Made by a program: the position numbers and the translations under genes. Shown piece after piece: positions 55,932-64,000 of a stretch of DNA of 64,000 nucleotides. Source of the DNA: Vulcanimicrobiota bacterium (GTDB taxonomy: Bacteria; Vulcanimicrobiota; Vulcanimicrobiia; Vulcanimicrobiales; Vulcanimicrobiaceae). Within the stretch, counting starts at the first letter, position 1, and each line of letters starts with the position of its first letter. The notes under the pieces were generated by a model. The model was given only the letters and a program-made list of their open reading frames with translations, was not told where the DNA came from and made no database searches. The DNA lies in the NCBI GenBank assembly GCA_963795855.1, contig CAWCIZ010000002.1, positions 64,001-128,000 on the forward strand, given 5' to 3'.

Positions 55932-56321
55932 CTATCGGCGCACGTGCAGGTGATACTGCAGTGCTAACCGCAGGCGAAGAACGAGCGCTTTTGCGCTCGA
56001 ACGGACGTCCGAATGGATTACGCGTCCGTGCCGACGTACTTCGGTGACCGTACCTATGACGTCACAAGGTTCGACATGCTCCACCTGCCCGCGACTTGCA
56101 TCGCCGGCGGTCAGCACTTCGCCGCTGCCGATTCCGATGACACGGTGCGCGACCAGAACGTCGTTGTGCGGAAATACGACGACGTCGCCGAAACGCGGCG
56201 ACCGATGCGGTGATACGAGGAGATCGTCGCCTTCGAGGATCCCGGGCGACATGCTGCCGCCGCGCAAACGCAGGCACCACGGCCGCGTTGGGCGCGTCAT
56301 GGCGAGGACGTCTTTGAGCAT
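55932..56321 (-). CDS. S24/S26 family peptidase (Ser/His type)
   Basis: GGSMSP, GDVVVF, VAHRVI, TAGD motifs; no N-terminal TM. Confidence 0.85.
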   Translation of the reverse strand: MLKDVLAMTRPTRPWCLRLRGGSMSPGILEGDDLLVSPHRSPRFGDVVVFPHNDVLVAHRVIGIGSGEVLTAGDASRGQVEHVEPCDVIGTVTEVRRHGRVIHSDVRSSAKALVLRLRLALQYHLHVRR

Positions 56322-56323
56322 CG

Positions 56324-57190
56324 CTACGCTACGGCGGTTTGCGCGTCCATCGTGAGGCGCTGCACGGCGTCGGCGGTATCGTCGGGAGCCCCAAGCGTCA
56401 GCGCATAGATGCGCGACTTCGATAACGCGGCGATGACCCGATCGACGATACGTAGGTGATTCTTGTCGATCGTCGTCTGCACTTCGCTGCCCACGGCCAG
56501 GAAGATCGCCTCGGAGAGCGGCAACGGGCGAGCGTGTGCGTGTCGCCCGCGCCCGATGATGAAGAAATATGAAGCTCGATGCGCCGAAATACCCCAAGCA
56601 CGGTCGAACGTGCGCGCGGGATCGACGGCCTCCCAATCGGTTTCCAAACCGTTCAAGGCCAGCAGGCGGCGCGTGCCGCTGCGAATCGAGAACAGACGCG
56701 GAAAGGATTCCACTTGTTCCGTCGCCGTGTTCACAAGCGCGAACTCGTCCGACAGGGGCATGTTGTCGTCGCTGCGCAGCATGAGCGAAAGCGATGTGGT
56801 GCTTTTCCCGCTGGTCGTCGGTCCGACGATTACGGCCGCTCTATCGCCAATAGCGACGGCGCCGGCATGAAAGACGACCAGCTCTTGCCGCAGGCGAAAG
56901 ACTCGAGCATTGATGGCGAGCATCGCACGGCCTTCGATTGCGGCCGGGGAAAGGCGAAGCGCGTTCGACGTTCCGAGATCGTCGAACGCCCGCACGAATT
57001 CGTCGCCGATGAGCACGCCAGCGGTGCGTCCGCGGGAGATGATGTACGCCGTAAGAAGCGGCTCGCACACACTGCTGTAGTCGAGCATCCGCGCATAGCG
57101 GCGTTCGATAAGATCCATGACGCGCTCGTCATCGCACCCGATCTGCACCGGGACGCGGGCGATGTTCAGGCGTGCGATGGTCGTAGTCCT
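56324..57190 (-). CDS. HprK-related P-loop kinase 1; start uncertain
   Basis: FHAGAV, Walker A GPTTSGKST, LSDEFALV, FPR. Confidence 0.8.
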   Translation of the reverse strand, partial: RTTTIARLNIARVPVQIGCDDERVMDLIERRYARMLDYSSVCEPLLTAYIISRGRTAGVLIGDEFVRAFDDLGTSNALRLSPAAIEGRAMLAINARVFRLRQELVVFHAGAVAIGDRAAVIVGPTTSGKSTTSLSLMLRSDDNMPLSDEFALVNTATEQVESFPRLFSIRSGTRRLLALNGLETDWEAVDPARTFDRAWGISAHRASYFFIIGRGRHAHARPLPLSEAIFLAVGSEVQTTIDKNHLRIVDRVIAALSKSRIYALTLGAPDDTADAVQRLTMDAQTAVA

Positions 57191-57191
57191 A

Positions 57192-57449
57192 CTAAGCGAC
57201 TTCGCGGACCAAGCCCTGTTCGAGGAACACCGTCATGATTTCGGAAACGTCCTGTCCGAGATCATGACCATCCGCGTCATACCGAACGCGCAGATACTCT
57301 TCCAACTCGGTGTGCGTTTTGCCCGAGCAGTTGCGCAGCAAATCGGCCGCCGTCTGATTGACGACATGAACCTTTTCCCGCGCAGGATCGTACACCAAGG
57401 TCTCCACGCCGACCTCACGCATTTCGATGCCGTCAATCGCTTGATACAT
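57192..57449 (-). CDS. Stand-alone PqqD family protein / RiPP recognition element (RRE)
   Basis: 85 aa; REVGVETLVYD, VHVVNQTAADL, LRVRYD, DVSEIMTVFLEQGLV fit the PqqD pattern. Confidence 0.88.
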   Translation of the reverse strand: MYQAIDGIEMREVGVETLVYDPAREKVHVVNQTAADLLRNCSGKTHTELEEYLRVRYDADGHDLGQDVSEIMTVFLEQGLVREVA

Positions 57450-57452
57450 GTT

Positions 57453-57596
57453 TTACTCCGATATGATGTTGCATTGGGGATTAGACGGGCCGGTTTCGAA
57501 ACACATTACCGATGCGAAGCCCGACACGTCGCTGAACAATACGCCAACGTCATAGGACCGGATAATCTCCGGCCGGTTGTACATCGTCTTAGTCAT
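57453..57596 (-). CDS. Putative RiPP precursor peptide P3, 47 aa (not in ORF track)
   Basis: MTKTMYNRPEIIRSYDVGVLFSDVSGFASVMCFETGPSNPQCNIISE; ATGA overlap with the P2 stop; ends 3 nt before the RRE start. Confidence 0.8.
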   Translation of the reverse strand: MTKTMYNRPEIIRSYDVGVLFSDVSGFASVMCFETGPSNPQCNIISE

Positions 57597-57691
57597 CCGA
57601 TTCCGCCCAAACTGCCGAAATCGCCGGCGGCGCTGGCAAACAAGGCGGCCAAATCGAATGTGGCTACGAGGACCGGGCGTGCATACTGCAT
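57593..57691 (-). CDS. Putative RiPP precursor peptide P2, 32 aa (not in ORF track)
   Basis: MQYARPVLVATFDLAALFASAAGDFGSLGGIG; GGAAAGGA RBS; YxxPxL leader motif. Confidence 0.78.
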   Translation of the reverse strand: MQYARPVLVATFDLAALFASAAGDFGSLGGIG

Positions 57692-57791
57692 GTAGGCTGA
57701 TCCTTTCCAGAGGTGTTTTTTGATTGTAGCCGCTGCAGCCGCTGCTCCAAAGTGCAGGAAGACACGCGGGCTCTTATGCCTTGAGTGCTAC

Positions 57792-58595
57792 CTACACATA
57801 AGCCAAGGTGCCCACGCGCCGCGCGTGCTGAATCGACATCATGAACAGCGCAAGGGCCAAAGGTATTCCTACCACCGCGAAGGCGGCCAGAACGAGCACG
57901 TCGCCGCGTATCACGCCGAAACCGGCGCCGTGCAAGATCGCTGCCCGCAGCGCGCTCAGGCCGTGCGTGATTGGGAAGACCATGGAGACGACTTTGAGCG
58001 GCAGCGGCAGAACCGCCACGGGGAAGTACACGCCGCCGAGCAGATTCGTCGCGCTGCTGACTATGCCCAAGGCCCCGGTGCCTTTTTTGAACGCGATAAC
58101 GGAGGCGGCCGCGGAGATTCCTATGGGCGAGATGGCGAGCATCGACAGCCCCAGGGCGAGCAGAGCCGTCGGCACATTGGCATGGTGGAGGTTCACGCCG
58201 AACACCGCAGCGCCAATCACCAGGATGAGCACCGTCTGCACGGCGGTGAAAACGAACGCCGACGTTGCTGAGGCGAGGACGACCGCCGGAACGCTGGCCC
58301 GCGTAACCAGAATCGCCTCGATCGTTCCCGACACCTGGTCGCGCTGGATAGCGCTCGCGAATGACGTAAGCGCGACGGACTGGAACCGCGCGAAAACGAT
58401 GCCGATGAGCACGAATTCGAAATACTGGCCGTGCACTGCCTTGAGCGCGCCGGCGCTCGAGCCGAACGTGCGCCCCACGAAAAACATCATCGCGCACATG
58501 ACGAGCACGGACGAGAGCTGCCCGAAGATCGAAAACTTCGACACGGTTTGATACGCCCAGTCGCGGCCGATGAACGCCGACAAAATTTTGGTCAT
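57792..58595 (-). CDS. ABC-2 type exporter permease
   Basis: YFEFVLIG, GTIEAILVT, GGVYFPVAVLP, FPITHGL; six TM segments. Confidence 0.88.
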   Translation of the reverse strand: MTKILSAFIGRDWAYQTVSKFSIFGQLSSVLVMCAMMFFVGRTFGSSAGALKAVHGQYFEFVLIGIVFARFQSVALTSFASAIQRDQVSGTIEAILVTRASVPAVVLASATSAFVFTAVQTVLILVIGAAVFGVNLHHANVPTALLALGLSMLAISPIGISAAASVIAFKKGTGALGIVSSATNLLGGVYFPVAVLPLPLKVVSMVFPITHGLSALRAAILHGAGFGVIRGDVLVLAAFAVVGIPLALALFMMSIQHARRVGTLAYV

Positions 58596-59383
58596 CAGGT
58601 TCCTCTCGCGACGCTTCGGAAATAGCCGAACAGCGGCTGTTCCCGCGTGCCCGCGGGCGCCTTTGCTTCGATCTCCAGCGGGGTCCCGACGGCCGAAACG
58701 CGATGCTCGTGCAGGATGGCCATGCGGTCGCACATCGACCATGCTTCGTCGAGCTGGTTGGTGGCGAGCAGAACCGTTTTGCGCTCGGCTACGACAAGCC
58801 GGTCGCGGACGCTTTGACGAAATTCGACGGCCGCGATCGGATCGAGTGCTTTCGTCGGCTCGTCCAACAGCAACACCGGGGGATCTGCGAGCATCGCCCG
58901 GATCAGCGCCAGGCGCTGCTTCATACCGGTGCTGTAGGAACGGACGCTGGAATGCAGGCGGTCCGCCAGCCCCAACCACTCCGCAAGTTCGAAAATGCGC
59001 TTGCGCAGTGCCGTTCTTCCCAAGCCCTGCAGTTTGCCAAAGAACTGTAAGTTGTCCCACGCGGTCAGGCGCATGTAATACGCGCGTTCGTCGGAGCTGC
59101 AGATTCCGATGCGTACGCGCACTCGAGCCGACTGGCGCGCGACGTCGTAGCCGAGCACTCGCACCGTGCCGGAATCCGGAACCAAAAGGGTCGAGATGAT
59201 CTTTAGAAGCGTGGTTTTTCCGGCGCCGTTCAAACCCAGCACGCCATAACACTCGCCGGCACGCATCGTCAGCGTCACGTCTTCGAGTGCCGTGCGCTTT
59301 TCCGCGCGGCGGAACATCTGGCGCATCCCCTGATCGATGGGATACTGCTTACAGACGTTGCGGATTTCGATGGCGTCAGGCAT
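58595..59383 (-). CDS. ABC exporter ATP-binding protein
   Basis: GLNGAGKTT, YSTGMKQR, LLLDEPT. Confidence 0.93.
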   Translation of the reverse strand: MPDAIEIRNVCKQYPIDQGMRQMFRRAEKRTALEDVTLTMRAGECYGVLGLNGAGKTTLLKIISTLLVPDSGTVRVLGYDVARQSARVRVRIGICSSDERAYYMRLTAWDNLQFFGKLQGLGRTALRKRIFELAEWLGLADRLHSSVRSYSTGMKQRLALIRAMLADPPVLLLDEPTKALDPIAAVEFRQSVRDRLVVAERKTVLLATNQLDEAWSMCDRMAILHEHRVSAVGTPLEIEAKAPAGTREQPLFGYFRSVARGT

Positions 59384-60521
59384 GCGGCAAAAACGGTGAA
59401 ACGGCGCGGCGGAAACCGCCCACGAGCCGCTTCATCAGCTTGGGACGGGCATCGAACTGCGTGAATTCGACGCTCCCGAAATTCTGTTTGAGCAAGTGCA
59501 CGCGATCCGAAAACCGTTCCATCCAAAACAGGCGCATCAGCGTGCGATGGCCGCTTCCGCCGGTAAGGACGCGCGCAACTCCGATATCCGTTACGTAACG
59601 CGAGAGCGTTCCGCCGCGGCGCTCGAGCAGGCGGGAAAGCAGATTCTTGTCCACGGGAGCGTCCAACAGCCACTTCGCGAGTTGCAGCGCGGGCGCCACC
59701 ACCTGCGCCGCGTTCGCTTCCGTGACGCGCTGCTCGAAGACGTCCCAGTCGATTGGCCCGTGCAGCGACTCCGCGATGTCGACAATCCCTCGCAAATGTC
59801 CGTCGAAGCCGTTGCCCCATGCGAGGTGAATGCAGAGATGCAGCAGTTCGTCCTGGGGGTCGAGCCGTCTGCACGGCACTCCGGCGAGGACCACCGGCAC
59901 CGCGCGGTGCCGCATCGCGTCGATATTCAAACGAAACGGGTTGGGCCGCCGGCCGAAGTCCCAGTGGAGTTCGATGCAAAAGCGGCTCGGTTTTCGCGAA
60001 TGCCTGGGCAACTGGTAGTAGTTTTCGAAATACCAACTGCGCCCGTGGGGCGTCGCCTCAGCGTCGTATCCCAGACGCGCCAGCACGTCCTCGGCGAGCG
60101 CAATCTCTTCCCGGCCGAACAGGACGTCGAGATCGCAGAACGCGCGCAGACTGATGTCCCGGTAAAGCGTCTCCGCCAGCGCGACGCCCTTGAGCACGAT
60201 TGGGGAAAGCCCCGCATCCTCGAAGGCGAGAAGCGCCTCGTGCGCCTGCCGCAAGAAGACACTGTTGAGCGCCGAGCGCTTCTGCCGCTGTTCCTGCAGC
60301 TGCTGCACGACCGAATCCGGAACCTTTATCCCACGGCACGATTCTATCGTACGAAGCAGCAGCGGTCCGAAATGATGTTTGGATGCCGTATCGAGCACCG
60401 CTTCCCAGGACTTAACGCCCGCCGCCGCGGCAACCGCGGCATCGGCGTGCGGGCGCAATCGCGCGCACGCGAGGATAAAACGCCACTCCGGCGTCATACT
60501 CTGCGCCAAATTCCGGTTCAC
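59376..60521 (-). CDS. Nucleotidyltransferase family protein (NTP_transf_5-like)
   Basis: VLKGVALA..LY...LRAFCDLDVL, IELHW, LLHLCIH, IDW. Confidence 0.88.
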   Translation of the reverse strand: MNRNLAQSMTPEWRFILACARLRPHADAAVAAAAGVKSWEAVLDTASKHHFGPLLLRTIESCRGIKVPDSVVQQLQEQRQKRSALNSVFLRQAHEALLAFEDAGLSPIVLKGVALAETLYRDISLRAFCDLDVLFGREEIALAEDVLARLGYDAEATPHGRSWYFENYYQLPRHSRKPSRFCIELHWDFGRRPNPFRLNIDAMRHRAVPVVLAGVPCRRLDPQDELLHLCIHLAWGNGFDGHLRGIVDIAESLHGPIDWDVFEQRVTEANAAQVVAPALQLAKWLLDAPVDKNLLSRLLERRGGTLSRYVTDIGVARVLTGGSGHRTLMRLFWMERFSDRVHLLKQNFGSVEFTQFDARPKLMKRLVGGFRRAVSPFLPHA

Positions 60522-60538
60522 GGTTTGTCGGGTCCCTT

Positions 60539-61201
60539 CTAAATCAGGCCGGATCTAACTGCGTGAACTGCCGCTTGCGAGCGCGCGGTGATATTCAGCT
60601 TCGAGAAAATGTGACTGACGTGATTTTTCACGGTCTTGTCGGACAGGCTCAGCTGCTCGCTGATCTCCTTGTTCGAGAGGCCCTGCGCGATCAGACGAAT
60701 GACTTCATTCTCGCGCGGCGTCAAATCGTACATGTGACCGCGGCTGGTCGAGCTGCGGCGGCGCAGCAGTTCGCCGGCGATCCGCGGATCCACGTAGGAA
60801 CCGCCCGCGGCGATGATCTTGAGGGCGCGAATCAGTTCTTTCGGAGCCACGTCTTTGATGATGTAGCCGCTGGCGCCGATGGAAAGCCCCCGCTGCAGCA
60901 CTTCCGGCTGCAATTGCGTCGAGAGCAAACAGACTTTTACGGACGGGGCATCGCGGCGCACGGCCGCCATCGCGTCGTCCATCTTGAGGATTTGTCCGTC
61001 GACGTCGAACACGATCAGGTCCGGCGTGAGGGAGCCGAGCGGAATTTTGTCGATCGCTTCGGCGTCGCCGACGATCTCGAGTTCCGCGTCGGTCGCGAGC
61101 AACTGGCAAAGCGCCTTGGCAAAGATGCCCTGGCCGGCGACCACTACGATGCGCGTCGTCCGCGAAATCGCTTGCGGTGCTTCCAATAGTCCTGCAGTCA
61201 T
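60539..61201 (-). CDS. NarL/FixJ-family response regulator (REC plus LuxR HTH)
   Basis: PDLIVFD, GASGYIIKD, LTPRENEVI, GLSNKEI, TVKNHVSHIFSKL. Confidence 0.92.
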   Translation of the reverse strand: MTAGLLEAPQAISRTTRIVVVAGQGIFAKALCQLLATDAELEIVGDAEAIDKIPLGSLTPDLIVFDVDGQILKMDDAMAAVRRDAPSVKVCLLSTQLQPEVLQRGLSIGASGYIIKDVAPKELIRALKIIAAGGSYVDPRIAGELLRRRSSTSRGHMYDLTPRENEVIRLIAQGLSNKEISEQLSLSDKTVKNHVSHIFSKLNITARSQAAVHAVRSGLI

Positions 61202-61504
61202 GGAGAAATCGTGCCTCCTAATAATATGAAGAACGAACGGCTCGGGTAACTATCATCCTGCCACTCGTCGTACGGTCACGGCCGAGTTCCGCAATCATGC
61301 CATACTGAAATGCCTATATCTATCCCGCATTTGCGGTATTTTTTGTTGGGATAGGACTAAAGAACTGCACGCTGCCCGGGCTATTGGGCGTGCACAGTCC
61401 CGTACTCACGGCTACGCGGCCCATTATCGCATGGGCGTAACGCTTCTGCGCATGTCAGACTCTCAAAGTTATGCTGTTTGAAACCCCGTCCGAATGGAGC
61501 AGCA

Positions 61505-62384
61505 GTGCACGACTCAGTACAATACAGAATTGCCGACGTCGACGTCGCGATCGAAGCGCCGGCGTCCATCTTGCGAATCGTGACCGATACATACCGGCGA
61601 TTCCCGATCAGCGCGCCGCGAACAGTGCCGCACGTTAGGGTTCTGGCGGCAATCGACGACGATGGTCACGTGGACATACGCATCGGTGAAAAGCATTATC
61701 AAAACGTCTTCGCCTGGACAGGCCGGGCAACGGTCGGACTGGAGCTCGTCGAACGCCATCATCACCGCCGTGGCACAGCACTCGCGCTTTCTGATCGTGC
61801 ACGCAGCCGCATTGGAACGTGACGGTGAAGCGCTCTGCATCGCCGCTCCCGGACATACCGGCAAGACGCTGCTCACGGCGCATCTTCTCTCACGCGGCTG
61901 GCGCTGCCTGAGCGACGAATACGCGTTCATCGAACCGCTCAGCGGTCAGATCGTGCCGTTTCCGAAGTTGCTGTACGTGCGCTCTTCCTCGCTGCCGCTG
62001 GTGCCGCGCACGTTTCGCAAATGCCTGGAATGCTCGCCGTGGTATGGAATGGGTGAGCGTCCCGGGCTCGTGTTCTCCGGCGTCGACCCGAGCGCCGCGT
62101 ATTCGGAAGACATCTGGTCCACCGGCGCGCGCTTGTCCCGTCTTCTCATGCTCGTGAAACGCAACGCTTCGGGCCCATCCATCAAACCGTGCGCCGGGTG
62201 GTCGATTATCCCGGAACTCAATTCGGTAACGTGGCAGCCGCCGGATCTGCTGGACGGTTTGTCACGCATGGCGGCCGCGCTGCGCGGCGTCGAGGTCGGC
62301 AAACTGGTCGCGGCGGATCCGCTGATGACCGTAAACGCCATCGAACAGTGGGCTGCAACGGAGCCGGCGATCGCGTATGCCTAA
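61505..62384 (+). CDS. HprK-related P-loop kinase 2; frameshift near 61750
   Basis: IVHAAALE, Walker A APGHTGKT, GWRCLSDEYAFI, PFPK. Confidence 0.82.
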
Positions 62385-62937
62385 TGCGCCGCTTGCGCGC
62401 CCGCTCGCGAAGAAGGCCGAGATGCTCGGCTTCTTGTTTCGTTTGCTGCTTTTCGATCTGTTCGTCGGCTCGCGCGAGGGACTCGTGAAGATTGGCGCGG
62501 GCGTGAGCGCCACCGGCGATGTCAAAGTGCATCTGGGCAAGCGTGTGTTTTTGGGCCGCAGCGGCGTCTTTCAGGGCACCGGAACCGTCAACGTCGGCGC
62601 CGGTACCTACGTGGGGAATTTTTTCGATTTCAATTCACGGGCGAGCATCGAGATCGCGGAGCAGTGCATGTTCGGCAATTTCGTCACCCTGGTCGACAAC
62701 AACCACGGAACCGCCGTGGATCGCGACATGAAAGATCAGCCGTTTGAAGCGAAAGGCATCGCCGTCGGAAGAAATTGCTGGCTCGGCGAAAAAAGCACTG
62801 TGCTTGCGGGCGTTACCATCGGCGAAAATGCAATCGTCGCCGCAGGATCCGTCGTGACGCGCGACGTGCCGGCGAATGCAGTGGTAGCGGGCGTACCGGC
62901 GCGGGTTCTTCGCCTGCGCACGCCGGTTGCGGTGTGA
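62377..62937 (+). CDS. Hexapeptide-repeat (LbH) acyltransferase
   Basis: LVDNNHG, VGRNCWLG, GVTIGENAIVAAGSVVTRDVP, AGVPAR. Confidence 0.9.
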   Translation: MPNAPLARPLAKKAEMLGFLFRLLLFDLFVGSREGLVKIGAGVSATGDVKVHLGKRVFLGRSGVFQGTGTVNVGAGTYVGNFFDFNSRASIEIAEQCMFGNFVTLVDNNHGTAVDRDMKDQPFEAKGIAVGRNCWLGEKSTVLAGVTIGENAIVAAGSVVTRDVPANAVVAGVPARVLRLRTPVAV

Positions 62938-62939
62938 CC

Positions 62940-64000
62940 ATGCCCGAGGCGCAAGCCATACATCAGCAGCACACCGCCAAACAAATTTTCCTGAACACGT
63001 TCGCCGGCCTCGCCAGCAGCACGGGCTCGGCTCTGGCGGGCTTGATCGCGACGCCGCTGCTGATTTCGCGCCTCGGCGTCGAGACCTTCGGATTCTGGGC
63101 GGTGCTCACGGCGATGGTGAACTACGCGGGGCTGCTCGACGGCGGTCTGAACAGCACGTTCATGAAGTACATCGCCGAGTACGCTGCGCGCGGCGAACGC
63201 GACCGCATCCGTCAGGTCATCACATTCGGGGCATCGTTCTACGCAGTGTTGGGTTTCGTCGTTGCCCCGATTGCCGCGTATTTCGCGCCTTTCGCCATTG
63301 GGGTGATGCACGTCGATCCGGCTATAGCTCGACAAGGACCCGCCGTATTCGGATGGATAACGCTCTCGCTCTTTCTGACCGGCGGCGCGGCGGCGATTGC
63401 TTCGGTGCTCAGCGGCTTCGGCCAGTCCGCGAATCGTCTGGATGAGCAACTTCTTCAGCCGTACCGTCTTTTCGATCGTCGCCGTCGGTCTCTGTTATTT
63501 CGGTTTCGGATTGACCGGCATGGTATTGGCGACGTTCGCGCAGCTCGCCGTTTTCGCGCTGCTTACCGGAGTGGCGGCGCGGCGGCGCTTCGGATCGCTC
63601 TTCATAGCGCCGTGGCGGTGGGAGCGCAGCGTCATCAGAAATCTTTTCGCGCTCGGGGGTTGGATTCAACTCACGAACGCGTGCAGCACCATCGTCGTCG
63701 AGAGCAACCGGTTTATCATTTCTGCGTTCGTCTCGACGAGCGCCGTCACGTATTTCGAAGTCGCGAGCCGGCTCACGCGCGTTGCCCGATCGATACCATT
63801 CAACTTCATCGTCGCGCTGCTGCCCGCCGTCTCGGCCAGGAACGCCGCCCTTCCGGACGACGAGTTCAACGCGACGTACGTGCGAGCCAGCCGGTACGTC
63901 AACTACGCGACGATTTTTCTCGTCGGCTTCATCATTGCCGCCGGAAAGGTGCTCTCGTTCGCGTGGATCGGAACAATCTATCCGCACATCGGCCTCATCG
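62940..64000 (+). CDS. Wzx-like oligosaccharide flippase; frameshifted, truncated by window end
   Basis: Hand translation MPEAQAIH...IATPLLISRLGVETFGFWA...LLDGGL..FMKYIAE; polytopic. Confidence 0.8.
   Translation, partial: MPEAQAIHQQHTAKQIFLNTFAGLASSTGSALAGLIATPLLISRLGVETFGFWAVLTAMVNYAGLLDGGLNSTFMKYIAEYAARGERDRIRQVITFGASFYAVLGFVVAPIAAYFAPFAIGVMHVDPAIARQGPAVFGWITLSLFLTGGAAAIASVLSGFGQSANRLDEQLLQPYRLFDRRRRSLLFRFRIDRHGIGDVRAARRFRAAYRSGGAAALRIALHSAVAVGAQRHQKSFRARGLDSTHERVQHHRRREQPVYHFCVRLDERRHVFRSREPAHARCPIDTIQLHRRAAARRLGQERRPSGRRVQRDVRASQPVRQLRDDFSRRLHHCRRKGALVRVDRNNLSAHRPH

Noticed and set aside
55932..60521. Calling the cassette a canonical lasso peptide or PQQ biosynthesis cluster
   Set aside because: No lasso cyclase, B2 protease or pqqBCE is in the window, and the peptides lack the PqqA ExxxY motif and the lasso Thr(-2). 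A lasso assignment cannot be fully excluded because the locus continues past 64000.
8269..60542. Long plus-strand ORFs antisense to known genes (e.g. 8269-10230, 32122-33294, 59496-60542)
   Set aside because: Typical high-GC antisense shadows with no recognisable motifs.
5262..63430. Many frameshifted genes as pseudogenes or programmed frameshifts
   Set aside because: Breaks also hit essential genes (rpsD, infA, map, rplD), and I noticed no shared slippery motif. They are best explained as long-read indel errors.

Overview
High-GC bacterial chromosome segment. The genes suggest a Ca. Eremiobacterota/Vulcanimicrobiota-like diderm, but this is inference and was not checked against a 16S database. 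1-5.2 kb: a minus-strand rRNA operon (16S, tRNA-less ITS, 5' part of 23S). The 23S carries an ORF-less group I intron at the L1931 site and a ~165-nt hairpin insertion near helices 54/55. 5-15 kb: housekeeping genes and trpDCFBA, which follows rplQ directly. 15-36.5 kb: the S10-spc-alpha ribosomal protein cluster. It lacks rpsJ and rpmD, is split between rpsM and rpsK by five genes, and contains a GC-rich palindromic repeat family that appears to supply Shine-Dalgarno sites. 36.6-44.3 kb: accessory genes. 44.3-64 kb: the best candidate for an undescribed system, a Wzx/Wzy exopolysaccharide locus interleaved with RiPP-like machinery. That machinery comprises three short precursor-like peptides with a shared YxxP leader (all below the ORF-track length cutoff), a stand-alone PqqD/RRE, two HprK-like kinases, a nucleotidyltransferase, an S26-type peptidase, a JmjC oxygenase and an ABC exporter. 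No lasso cyclase is present in the window. Single-base frameshifts occur even in essential genes (rpsD, infA, map, rplD), so broken frames are treated as sequencing indels rather than pseudogenes.
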